This document shows positions 12,401 through 25,631 of a DNA stretch of 64,000 nucleotides, one piece after another. The stretch lies in the NCBI GenBank assembly GCA_040954595.2, contig CM082579.2, positions 12,091,834 through 12,155,833 of the forward strand, in the 5' to 3' direction. Origin of the DNA: Balanoglossus misakiensis. Taxonomy: Eukaryota; Animalia; Hemichordata. Below the pieces are notes generated by a model. It was not told where the DNA came from, did not search any database, and saw nothing but the letters and a program-made list of their open reading frames with translations. The position numbers and the translations under genes are program-made. Position 1 is the stretch's first letter, and every line of letters begins with the position of its first letter.

Positions 12401-15400
12401 CTGTCTTTCTCGCCTTTACACCAATGCCCGAAGGATATTGAATGAGTTTCATTTCTTGTATCCATTACGAAAAATGATGACGAGACAATGGAGTCCTAAC
12501 CTTCTACTTCTAATTCAGCGTATCATTCAACAGTTGGACATGTCTAATGCTCGATTCGTCTCTATGCTTCATGTAACATGTTTGACGGTCACCAATAATT
12601 TGCATGATTTGTGGAAACCATAATTGCAAGGTGCTATTTTTGTGCGTCTGATGCCATTATCGTATTTACATCATTGGGTGATATTGAACGCGGACGGTGT
12701 TGTGATGGATACCGATGTCACAGAATCATCTCGGTTAAAACAACAAAACAAAACAAAACAATACCTTTTGCAAATAGAATTCTTCCTTCAAATATGACAC
12801 TTTTATTTGAAAGGTCAGAGGTTAAAGTGTCCAACCTGTCAATTACGCTAATACCCTGGAAAAAAGACAGTTATTTAGTACGTGGCTTTATAGGTTTACG
12901 TGGAATTAATTAGTATGAAGCTTTGGTTATAAAATAGTCATATCCCATAATGACCTTTACTATACGTTTAAAGGCAATTACAAAGTACAATGTATGTGGT
13001 TTATAGCATTATGAGAAATCATTTAGAATGTAACATTAGTTGTCAAAAATGTCTCTTAAGTGAATTTCGCTAACTTGTGGCTTTATACAATACAGTGCAT
13101 TACATCAGTCTCAAATGATTAACACCTTTCTTACCACATCCGCTGTTTTGAATTCATCGTCACTTATCTTGACCAACCTCTCCCGCAGCAGAAGTAAGTC
13201 ATCATCTGAATGGTGCAAATGTAAAATGCAGATGATGTAAGAGGTTGCAAACTATTATAAATTGCATTTCTAAAATTGCGAAGGCACTCATGACTTAAAA
13301 TAGCACAGGAATATATTACACGTTCTCACAGGAGACATGTTTGTCAGTCAATGCCAAATTTCTATAAAATCAAACAAAAGTACTTAAACAAAATCTGCCC
13401 AGGTTGTGACGTGAACCCCATTGTCAACAACCTTTGTTTTAATTAATCCATTTCTTAAAGCAACATGTTTCATCAATTATTTTCCCCTTTAGTCTTATGG
13501 TAGTCATATGTGATAGTAATTTTATGCATTCATTATTATGTGTTTACTTACTCTCGAACTGGCGAAGTTTGAGAGTAATAAAATATGACCATATCAAGAT
13601 TTACTTCATTGGTGTAGACAAGGCATTAAAGGCGAAGCGATTAACATATGGATATCAAATGTGCACTCAAAGAAAATGTATTTGCAAGACGATACGCCGT
13701 ATTTCAATTATTTGGATCCAACAAATGTTATATATGTGCATAAACTCATCAGGTTTTGACACGAACACGTTGATGATTAATACATTTTTTGTTTCAATTA
13801 TCCATTTGCCTAAAGCAACAGGTAATGGTCCATTATACATTGGGACATTTCCACGCGGATAAATATATTATGCATTTGTCTACTTCCATATTTAATGGCA
13901 TGTGCTGTATGTATTCATAACACAAAACTGCACAGGTATTCAAATATGTAGGAAATGGAAAATTTATGAACGAGATTTATCGCCGATGACACAAAATACT
14001 TACCATTATCTTCGCAAATAAAACTCAGTTGTTTGCTACAGTCGTAAGCTACCCATTCACATTTGTCTACGGTACACCTGTATAAAGATTCACTATTCAA
14101 CTCTTATTGAAGTTTACAATGTCTACAAAGATTACTCTACAGTTTCTTCATCATACGGTATATACAATGATCAATATACGATGTATAGAATGATCTCTAT
14201 AGAAAAGTGTAACCTTAGGCATAAAAAACGTAACAATACATAATTTCAAAGTATTCAACCGTCATCATTTCTCCTTTGTAATCTCGAAAGTTCAAACTCT
14301 ATGACAGTTAACGTTATGAATTGTAATGACAGTCTATATCTACTGTCTGGCACTGCGGAAAATAGCTTGAACAGACAGCAAACTCACTCTACGGAAATAC
14401 ACGATCCGACGTCAAGCTTCTGGTTGGGAGCAAAACGCGTTTGTTCCAATACCAAACCGCTGCCTGTCTTCACAGTGCCATCTGCCGTGATGGTGGCATC
14501 AATCCATACTGTTGGTGCTCCTGGTTTGCATAAAACGGACGCACTACAGTACTCGTCTAATTTCAGTTCAGTGGTGTCAGTTAGAAGACGTAACCCAAGC
14601 TTCTCACATAGCTGATATGTCGCCACCATACCATTCAGTGCGCTGTTTAAATCGAAAGATGCTGCAGATTAAGGAAAAACGCCATTTCTTTCCGGTAAAA
14701 TTCGAAAACGTAAAAAAAGTATATTTTGATTTGGCGCATTTTATAAGCCCTTTACTCATCAGCCGTATTCTAGGAAAACGACGACAAAAACAACCATACC
14801 GATAATTATCTACGCATTTAGAAAATCACTCAATACATTTTGACCACTTCAAGAAGAACAACTACTGTGAACAGACTCTTATCCCATGTAAAATGACACT
14901 TGAAGATTTTATGCAATAAAAATGAGTTGGTCATAGCTCCGAAAAATTCCTTGCTATACTGTCTCTATCATAATTTTGTTTATTGCTGGTCAGGTAAGAC
15001 AGTAAACCCTGTTTTCAATAAGACGCATTTGAAAATGTCACATGTATGAAAGGTCTTTTGCGTGGCCTTTTTGGTGTGGACAGACAGTGCATCGTGGGAA
15101 CCACTTCAAAAGGGAAAGTTGTTGTTCGGTGCACCGTTGATCCGGCGTTTCTTCCGATCGCCTGGCTGAGTAATCACTGTACAGTTCCTTCGTCGTGGAC
15201 ATAAACCGGGAAGCAGTACTTTGCATTGACAGTATATTCTTACGGATCAGTTCGCGTAACTATCCAGTTGTTGTTAGCGTACGTCTACTGCGTTATACCG
15301 CGGTACGAAAATCGAAATTGGTGTCCTTCTTTTCACAGCACAACTTTGCCGTCAACGACTTTGACAAACGCCAGGTACGTGACCTAACACATTGGACAAT

Positions 15401-17590
15401 CACATGTGGTCACGCGCCGAGTTCAAACTTGGCAGGCACCATCTGCTTGAAGTCCGAGCGGACTTAAGCAAGTATAGTATGATACACCTGACAAGGTATT
15501 TACCTACACAAAGAAACAGCATATCGGATAATAATCTTTTGTTGGTCAATTTTATGTAACAATTCCACGATCTGATAAGAGTTGCAAAATAAAATCCAAT
15601 GCATGGGTTCAAATGCCTACCTGAGTTTTGATTTAATTACCAGTTATTATGGCCAAAGCCTATCGGGCTTGGGCCCATATTGGTATTGTTCTGTTTTTAG
15701 TGGAACTTTTTTTATTTGGAACTTTTATATTTTGTAGGATATTTTGTTTTATACCACAAAATTTATCTCAAAAAGAGCAATTACCAGTACATAGTTCTTT
15801 GTTATAAGGGAGAAACCCCTCCTGTGATTTGTACACACAGCAAATTCCTGCATGATTACATAACTGACCAACTTTTAAAGAGACCAGCTGTTCTATTTGG
15901 TGTATGTACAGTACACATGCCATTGGATGCTTATGGGTCAGTGTTTGCCTGTTGATCTCTGTGTGTGTGTGTGCGTCTGTCGGTATATGTACTCCGGTGT
16001 ATAATTTTTCTTTGTAATCCCTAAATGGGACCACCGTGTCCTTGACGCGATTTTTCTGTAGCGGGTTTGTTCAATAATTGACGAATCTTTCCAATCCGCG
16101 AAAGCGCATAAAAACCATACCTGGATATGTGAGTGATATGATTGGACATCTAACCACCATGGTTAAGCATAGCACCAAGATTATGAACTGTAGTACAGGG
16201 GACAATATCAGATTTGCCGATCCTACCTAACCTAACTCGATTAATTCGCAAGTAGCTCGCACCAAAAGCCAATCAGTTCTTCTCATTCGCATATGGAACA
16301 TGTGTACCACAACTGACCGAAATCTAATCAGCCGTTCTTGATATATCGTGCACGCAGACTGACAGAAACACACACACGTACACAGAAATGGCGGATAAAT
16401 TAAAAAAGTGATGACATACTCCCAAGATACTGTATCATGTGAGTAAAAAGACAAAATGCTATAGAATACTAATAACACAATAGATTAAATCACTCGCCAG
16501 GAACACCATGAACTAAGTTGCAAAGATCATCATTAAAATATAACTTACGAATACTTGCATTTTCACGTAAAGGGTAATAGGGGAACGAACACGCATGATA
16601 GTACCATCTTCTATTGCTGTGAATTAACATTTATGAAACTCTATTAAAGTATCCTCCATTAACGCCAATGAACCCGTATATCTGTCAAACTCTATAGAAA
16701 CGTTTCTACTTTTTTTCCCTTGAATTTGATTAAGACCTGGAGATAATTAGGTCAACTTGGTCTAAAATTTAGAAACAAAATAGACAAATGAGGTAAAATT
16801 TTGTACCACGTTTTGCAGAGAAAGTCTGGTGTTCAAAGGTAACGATGAGACGAAACTGGACATATCTCAAAGTTGCAGAATGAAATTTCCCATAAACTCG
16901 AGGTATATGGGTGTGCAATGTTCTTCTAAAGACATTGCCAGTTGTAACATCTGGATATCATGAAAATGTCAATCAATTCTGTCCCTACTTATACATTTTA
17001 AAGATCGCACGCCCCTGCACATGATTCTCTGTGATTGATTAAAGTTAAGCTATATTAAAATGACAACAAAAAATATCTGTTATTAATATATTTTCAAAAC
17101 CGTCAACTCACCTCAGTGCGACGCAATTTCCATATTTCTTTCCAACCTGCGGCTTGAAGGTCAAAATGTCCCCGTCTCTTGTGACTACGTCTCCGTTGTC
17201 AATCAGTCGAGCATCTATCCAGTGCCACCAGTCTGCGATGACTCGTTCCTTTAAAGTTTTTACTATAAGCTGCGTGTTTTTCTTCGCTGTCCACTTTAAC
17301 AAGGCGAATACCTAATCGCTCACAAAACGTGTAAGCTGTAGCGTGATCCATCCACCCGTAAACGCTGTTGCAATCTGGATATCAAATCGTTATACTTATT
17401 ACAATCAAACATGGAAGTTGAAACAATGATAACATTTATGAGCTTCTGTTTTGAAGAACTTCTAGCTTTCTGAACGTGCAAAACCCCGAATAAGTGTCTT
17501 ACCTGCTTGCTGCAGTAATGTCATCGACAACATCACGAATGTAGCGACGAGCGTTAACTTCAAAGGTATTTCACGACAGTCTTGTAACAT
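9479..17590 (-). CDS. Polycystin-1/PKD1L-like ectodomain protein without transmembrane segments (signal peptide, 2 C-type lectin domains, GAIN/GPS), ~640 aa. Exons 17503-17590, 17112-17374, 15504-15571, 14388-14661, 14004-14077, 13135-13205, 12765-12855, 12019-12353, 11613-11718, 11234-11358, 10576-10810, 9912-9997, 9479-9586. One frameshift in exon 2.
   Basis: All introns are GT-AG and phases chain once one A is removed at 17277-17281. Signal peptide MLQDCREIPLKLTLVATFVMLSMTLLQQA. CTLD motifs FCERLG..WIDA..NCVALR and LCEKLG..WIDA..CEW..DCSKQLSFICE. PKD1-type GAIN motifs GNPH..LSLEFRDEDGNEIKVKN. GPS CSYFDETKWQNNGCKV..TLCLCNHL|TVF. TAG at 9479-9481. Confidence 0.8.
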
Positions 17591-17645
17591 TTTACAGCTT
17601 CTCCGGCAAGCCGTGGTTGCGAGTTGTGCGGCTTATCTGCGATCG

Positions 17646-17652
17646 TTTTATA
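17646..17652 (-). promoter_or_regulatory. TATA box of the lectin-GAIN gene
   Basis: TATAAAA on the minus strand ~55 nt upstream of the ATG at 17590. Confidence 0.5.
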
Positions 17653-19509
17653 AATGAATTACTTGACAAATAATGTGTTTTGCAAAGAAGTGTAACCACT
17701 GCAGAGAGCGATCAGGGGCTAAATGGAGATGCTACGCCGTGTTCCTTTATTTATGTCTTAGCAGTTACAGTTACCCCGGGGTTGTTTCGCCCAACCAACC
17801 GTAACGTTGCTGCGTCAATTGTCCTAACCCCACATTTTCCTAACAAGGAGAAATTTTAAACTTGCATTTAAGATGGGGGCACCCGTATCTGTTTACCCGT
17901 TGCTATGGGCCTTTACAGGGCACTATAGTCAATTTTGAACGAATCGAAACCGCTATGTCCGACAAGGGGCGTGTAACTAGTTGAAAATACGCACGATCGT
18001 GTGCACACCCCCTGTCAGAGTATGGTTACGGCAGCTACCGCCCGGCCATAGGCCGCCACGCTATAGTATTGACCATCAAAGTGTTCGAGTCATAACCAGC
18101 GGACGTTATGTATAATGCATTTGTTGGACCGAGTTACGGGAAACTCGGCGTATTTTCTCGAAACATGTTTTTCTCTTGAGAGCACCATTCGATATATTTT
18201 GAATACCTTGCCCTTATCGCCTTTTCCCCTAGGGATTTACTTTTAAAAATTAATCGTCTGCCACTGAGTAGAGAATGGAACATTTTCAATAGCTTTGTAA
18301 TCTATCTCATCAAGAAATACATATTTCATAGCATCTTGTGAAAGAACACGTATTTCTTGTAACAGTCATCCATTGTTTTCTTCTAAAGTTGTGTTCGTGG
18401 CTGGTCTCACTGTAAGACGATTCCATTCCACTTCAGAAGACCTATATAATCCACTTTGGACCCCACCCTGCTTCCATACTTTCAAAACAAAGTATAATGT
18501 TATTACGGATTTTGTGACATACTGTGGAATTATTAATGCCATTACTACACCCTGGCAAAACAAACTTTACAAGCAAGAAGAAACAATCAATCTTGATGAA
18601 GCCATTTCCTTCTCAGTTGGAGAACAGATATTTTCCCTTGAAAACAGCAGTAGAGTGCTCATCATGTTAATCGCGGATGACCGGGGATAGGGGGAGGTGG
18701 GTAGAATTCACGATTTTTAGTCGGAGGGGAGTAAATGAGGGAGTAAGGTTTATTTATCTTTTGCTATAATTATTATATAGGTCATAGGCCTTCAAGTTGA
18801 GATCGCGCAGCAGGCTATGATTAGGCCTAGACACAATCAGTTGTCATTTGTTCAAAAGTATAAAACAAAGTCACCGAGCAGAGGATTTGAGTTTTTTCTC
18901 TTGGGAGGATGTGTGACATAATATCTCTATAGTGTTCCCAAAACATGAATTGAAAATACAGGTCTGAATGAGCACAGGCGTAAATGAAATCATTACTACT
19001 TTTCAAAAGTCTTGTGGCAAGAGAGAATGACAGTTTGCGATGTATCGAGCTCTAAAGTTCATAATATTCGTCGTGAAAAAAATTATTGAAATAACGTTTC
19101 GTGTATGTTTCACATTTTACGATCTGATTTTATCGATGCGTTAATGTTGTCTTTTTCACGATGCCCTAGTTGCAATGATAGTAGCGGGTGCTGCTACTAG
19201 TGCTAGTTAGATGCAACTAAATTGCGCCCTCAAGAATAGTGAGTTTTGTGCTTTCTTTCTCATATATTTACAGAATTTTACTATAGACTACTGTTTATGG
19301 TTTTACAAAATAATCATGGGATACTGAAATGTAGGAAAACGCATTTCAAAGGAATTTAGTTTCTTGTCCTCGGAAATTAATCTTGCTCAATTAAAACAGT
19401 TTATATTCAATGTGTTTCAATATCTGCTCAGAGAACATCTGTATTCTTTGAAGAAATGAACTTGTCCTTCGGACGAAAACTTTCTTTATTTCTTCAAATA
19501 ATTTAAATT

Positions 19510-20042
19510 TAATTATATTATATTATATCATGCTACCGTCCGCGATTCTGATTGGACGAGAGCGATGGTAAAATACTGTTTTACCACTGCTGGCAGTGGT
19601 AAAACGGACTCCTGAACCAGCATGCAACAGAGAAAATGTGCGGTTAAACCACAGTCGCGCGGGATTAAACCAAATAAATAGCATGAAAACACTTGAATTT
19701 ACAGATGTTTTATTTTGGAACTGCTCTGCTCTGAATATTTTGCACTTTTGTCACTTTTTGTCGTCTGCTTCATGTTTAATGCTCGATCCCGGACCGCTCG
19801 TGTTTACATTCACCGTCGCCATGTTGGTTCATGATCGTAACTTCTTTTTCTGACACTGTTTAGTTAAGAAAATGACACTGATATGCCACAAAAATCAATT
19901 GTTGATATAACATAATAGCAATAACCCCCGCCTCAGTCGGGTATACACTCGATTTGGGTACAATTCGCTCCATATAGCACTCGCCTGACGAATTGTACCC
20001 AAATCTCGTTTATACCCGCCTGTGGCGGGGGTTATTGCTTAA
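19510..20042 (-). mobile_element. Crypton-A/Eulor5-6-like non-autonomous hairpin element
   Basis: Minus strand starts TTAAGCAATAA; hairpin 19917-20039 closes with TTATTGCTATTAT; same architecture as 51754-52065. Confidence 0.65.
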
Positions 20043-20511
20043 ATATACATTTTTCTATTATTAAGGCTTTTTTCTATAAAATCTGATAAGTAGTGCGGAT
20101 GTTTTTGTTGTTATTTTATATTGACAAGAGACCTTGCGACTGATAGAACTCCACTGTGATATTTAACATAATCTTGACGGGAATTGTTTGTGAATAATTT
20201 ATATCTCAAATATCGATGCTGACTGCGCGGTTGAACGAGTTTATTAACTTTGTATAAGTTGATTAACTAGGGACTAGAAATCAAATCTCAAAGGTTAGGG
20301 ATGAAATTATTATCCCGAATCCCGAATAACAAACACTGATGACTAATATCATTAGGGTACATGTATGTTGCTAATTTGTGCTCAAAAATCAAATCCTCAG
20401 TTCTAAAAGATAATAGAAGGAATCCGTACAATTAGAACAAAGCTGACTAAATTTATTCGTTGGAGTCTGTATTTTAATCACCAACGCTATTTGACTTGAG
20501 GCGATTGCTCA

Positions 20512-20546
20512 TGGATGGATGGATGGATGGATGGATGGATGGATGG
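20512..20546. repeat. (GGAT)n microsatellite
   Basis: Direct reading. Confidence 0.95.
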
Positions 20547-23500
20547 ACGGACGGACCGACGAGGACGGACACTCATCCTAAATCCGACGAGATCCGCGTC
20601 GCTTTTTTTGGCAATACCCATATCGGATAATTTATTTATTATAAAAGCTGATTTCTTTAATAAATTGGTGATCGGATACTTAACCCGATTTATGAGTTCT
20701 ATACGGTCTGTCAGCTCTTCTACGGCCACTGATTACCGCTAACACTGTAGTAGTCGCGTCAGATCCGCCATCCATCAAAGTAAATGTTTTTCGCCGGCAA
20801 CAGGCAAATGAGATAATTTCCTGTTGACAGTGTCAAGGTGTTTGAATAATTCAAAACATTTGGTGACAAGGTGAAGATTCTGAAATGGTACATACTATAC
20901 GAAACCGTGAACTGGCAACATGGATGAAAAAGTCTGTCTAATTCCTGTGAATGGTATTCTAGAAGAAAATTCATATCTGATCTAAATTGACATTTTCTAC
21001 TTTGCTCCAAAATGGAAATAGTCTAGAGGGAAAGTAATTTTGCCCGCATTTCATGCATTCTACAGCCGTTGTAACCTATATAATGAAAATCAACTTTGAC
21101 GATTGATACAAAGTGGATTGTAACGCTGTGTTTCAGAAATCCAAAATGATAAATGTTAAATCGATTATTACACATTTGCTCCCAGACTGTACTTGCAAAA
21201 AAATAAAGCTGGTGCTTTTCACCGGAAATGAAATAAAGTAGTCTGTGTTGACAGAGTTTTAACTGAAGCTTCGCTGTAAAAATCCGCCCACCGAACAGTA
21301 TTTGGTGGCCAGGTTCGTCAAGTAGATCCTTCAGTTACATGTAAAACAAATATTGGGCCTGTTTTTGTTGTCGCTGTAAATCTCCAACTGCAGCAACCAA
21401 TTGTGATATCAACGATAATTGTCCATTTTTTAGAGTAGTGATTGACATACAGTACCTTCATAACACCAGATCATTGTCTGACAAAGCTGTAATGCCGCAT
21501 ATACCAACCCGTTCGTGAACTGCCATGACTATCGCCTTACTGCCTCGACATTCCTCGGAGTATTATCCATTCCCGTTGTTGTTGAATCTGTCGGACAGAA
21601 GATGAGTATCGCCACCGTGATATAGTGTTGTTACTACATGCCTGGTATATATACCGACATCTCATTATCATTCATGACGTAGCGGACACGCACTTAACAC
21701 GCGTGTGTGATTGACTTATCAAAGATTCATGTTCGGTTAGACGAGAAAATGCCTTACACATCATTACGAATACTAAAGCACCGCGGAAAGCTAAAGACCC
21801 AACATAGATCTATCTATCACATAGGTAGATAGATGGATAGATATATCTTAGATAGACAGACAGACAGACAGGCAGGCAGACAGACAGATGGACAGATAGA
21901 CAGACAGTGTATGTGTGTGTTGGAAAAGTTTATTACAATGTCAAATTGAAACGTCTTTTGTAAGTATAGACGTACAGATTAGAAATCCCATGTCTGCTAT
22001 TTTCCATTAACAATGCGGTTATTTAAACTAACCATATTTCATTTACCGTAGGGACCTTACTCGAAACTTGGCCGAGTGTACAAAATCAAATCTTGTTCAT
22101 TAGTGTCAGAATTAATGTTCAGGTTAAAAAAAATCACCATTAAATGTATATCTAACCCTGGGGACGTTAGCTTTTAAGGATTGAGTCCATATTACCGTGT
22201 AGTTCGAGATTCCACGTCACGACGCGTTCAAAGGCGCATACAGATGTGTAAAGAGAGTCTACTTATAGAGAGTTTGCATTTGACTCGGTGACTTCATATA
22301 CGTGATTGGAGATGGACATATGCCATGGTCCTGCAAATGCCATCTGAGGATGCCTGGGGACCTATCAAAAGCCGGACTCCGAGTTTTAATTTGCGATCCA
22401 GTAATTGATGGCATGACGACCTATATCTTGATTTGAAATCAACCATTTTTTCATATTACCGGTATCCTTTAGTAATGCCGGATGAAAAGCTAAGATTTCC
22501 ACGACCGTATATGTAGTCATAGCTCCGACAATGCAAAGGCATTAATTCGTGATGGTAAATCGCAGAGGAATATTGAACGGGGTTGCAATGGTTCGTTGTT
22601 AACCTTGAAAAGAAATTTTAATGCAATTGTGGTGATGGAATACTGTATATAGTGATTCTTAACTGGCTGACTGATGACCCCCCCCCCCTATGGTGATTGA
22701 CATGGGAGTATTGCTTCTGAATTGAATTATTGATTTCTTGTGGGATCCCTGTAGCCGAAGACCGTGATCGTTAATCAAGTTACACGCACAGCGTGTTTGT
22801 GCTGTCATTGTCCACAAGTTGATGCGATGTCAAGGTGATGCTGCGTCGAATCAAATCATCCTAGCGGCGATAAGAGTGCCACTAAATTATCCCTTTCTGT
22901 AAATTGAGGTCGAGCTTTCCATCTCCGTGTTGCGCAGGATTCCCTTTTTAGCATAAGAATGCAGACATGAACATGGAGTCAAGATAAATTCTGTCTTCAG
23001 ACGGTTTTCCTGTTATACGTAAAAGGGACAAAGTCTATCTCTCGTTGCCCCCTTTTCCATTATTTGTGTTTGATACAAGACACCGTTTATGATTTTTATA
23101 ACGCTGTCAACCATGCCATTGTAAACAAGACTACGTACACCTTTAAGAATTCCTATATTTTCTCTTTGTAAAGAAGAATTGATATGCAGGATTGAAAACG
23201 AAATTAATAGCGTAATTGCTGAGAAAAAATGGGAAGGCCTGTTGACACTTATGTCGTAAATTACTTCTCTGTCATTTACTTGTTTGAGGCTCAAATCTGC
23301 TTTGTAATATTTAGATGAAACGAATAAAATGATCATTAAAAATGAACAAATATTAACAAAAAAGCAGGCCAGTCGATTACACACATGTTGCTGAAGGATA
23401 CTCATGAAATATTCCTTTCACGTCCAACTTGAAATCGCTATACTTTCCCGCAGTCATGGCGCTAAGCTCTATTCATCATTCTGTTAACGTGTTATACATG

Positions 23501-24539
23501 CAGACGGGGACACTTTCGTTGCCATGACTTTAATAATTGAAACTTCTTTACTGACAGTTAACGCAGTATATGGAGGTGTGTCAAAGCAAAGTGACGATTT
23601 TAATAAATCCACCGACTATAATATCTTACGCGAAACTAGCCCGAGGCGTGGATAATTTCAATCGATATAAAAGCACATACAACTGTATGATTAGACGTGG
23701 ATGTCATTTACATCAATTTCAAAATAGGACAATTTTATGGTTAGCACGGGATTATCTTTGTACAATTATTGCATATGTACTACTGTATTCTTACTACACA
23801 CATGGAGTAGACGACACGCGGCAATACCCGGGAGATCGTCCATATTAATATTGATCATGCTAACAGAGGTATGGGTTCGTGTGTAAACTCCCAGTATTAA
23901 ATTCCTTTCAAAATCCATCCACAAGATACTGTAAATAATCCGTCACATTTTCAGGCCAGCCATTTTTGTCATATGGACACCAAAAGGAAGAATTTTGAAA
24001 TATATAGGTACATTTCTTTCTTTGCTTCGCGTTTTATGTCTTTCCACATCACAAATTCGCGATCACATGAAACGCCATGCACTTAGCGGCCATCTGATAT
24101 CTTTTTATTTTATTTATGCCGCCACCTAATTATGATTTGTATTTCAAAATTTACAAAACAATACAATTACAAAAGTTAAGAAACTGCAAAAATGATCGAT
24201 TGAACTAGTCCTAATTTATGATCCAAAATACATACATGTATAGGCCTACAAGGATAAGTGCAGTTAATAACATGTTTAATTACATTATACTGTACTAAGA
24301 AATATAAACATCAATAAGCAGGAGATGTGGAGTACATCTTGTTCCGGTGGTGTTTAGCAGATATAAACAGGATATTAATTTAAAAAGCACATATATGGCT
24401 ATGGTATCACATATACAAAGAAACGTTACATACAAGTACTGGTGTTAAATACAGATATGAAGTAATGAGATTACATACTGTACCTGAACAACAACAACAA
24501 CAACAACCCCCATACCAATTGTACTAAAGTTTACAATGC

Positions 24540-24900
24540 CACCTTGTGAATTATTGAAAATGTATTTCTGAACTTCGAAGATTATTTTAAATCTTTTTCA
24601 ACGTGGAAGTGAATTCCAGTGTTTTGCTGTCATGCACGTAATCTGGTGACGTGAATCTGTCAATTAGTCTAGGCCGATGTCTGACAAGTCCCCGAATAAG
24701 CGATGCATATCATGTAGCATATTCATGTATTGATGATTAGAGAAACTTCTGCGTGCAATGAGCGTAGCAAAAATAGTGAAATCTATTGAGGAAATTAAAG
24801 GCTTCGAAATGAATTAGCATGTATATTTATAATTTCTGAGCATATTCGTATTCACAGTTCCTTTTGATTAATCGCAAAGACTTAAGATAGTATAATACTT
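24540..24900 (-). mobile_element. Decayed LINE (L2/CR1-group) 3' end
   Basis: Minus-strand AKHWNSLP at ~24605-24628 resembles the xxLWNSLP motif at the end of L2/CR1 ORF2; the rest is degraded; boundaries approximate. Confidence 0.35.
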
Positions 24901-25631
24901 TTGATTTACTGGTATTTCAAATGTGATGTACAGGAATTTAGTAGTTTCGTCTTTTTGATTTAAAGTAATTTCTGGATGCATTACCCTTGTTCACTGTACC
25001 TATATTCTGCTTTACATTTCAAAAGTCCTACCAACCAACCGACCAACCACCCCCACAAAAAACAACAACAAACAAACTAACAAAAACATTCTCTTGTGAT
25101 TTCTATATGAAAAAAAAACACGGTTGACCAGAGAATGCCATGGATTGTAGATGACAGGGTGCTGTAATGTCAAATATATATTGTTCACCACCTGGAAACG
25201 ACATTATAGAAAACCCGATTATCTATAAGTGGGATACTACTTTCATTTCTGTTATTTATTCCATGAGTCTTTCTCCACTGTATAAGAATACATTTGCCAT
25301 CTCAGAATGCAAACGCATCGACAGTATGGACTGGCAATGCATTAATCCGCGTTTAACAAACCATATAGCGGGTGTTTCAACATGTATACCTTTATAGATG
25401 AAATGGAAACAAAGTGCGTCTTGTGTCCAGAGCATAATAATGAGAAGTCCACCCAAGATGTTTGGTCAATCCACAACTTTTCATATCTGTGAGTGTGGTC
25501 CTACCCTTTCTTGCAAGTAAGTCTCACTGACGCAGTACCCATGTGATCACGTTTTTTCACTTTGGCCTCTGCCATTAGGAAACACCAAATGTAAAGTTTC
25601 CTTGCTCAAAAAAGTTCGCATTCTATCGGTC

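Noticed and set aside
13551-13809. Extra exon of the lectin-GAIN gene (AG/GT bounded)
   Set aside because: Stops in the frames I checked; the flanking exons already join in phase. At most a dead exon.
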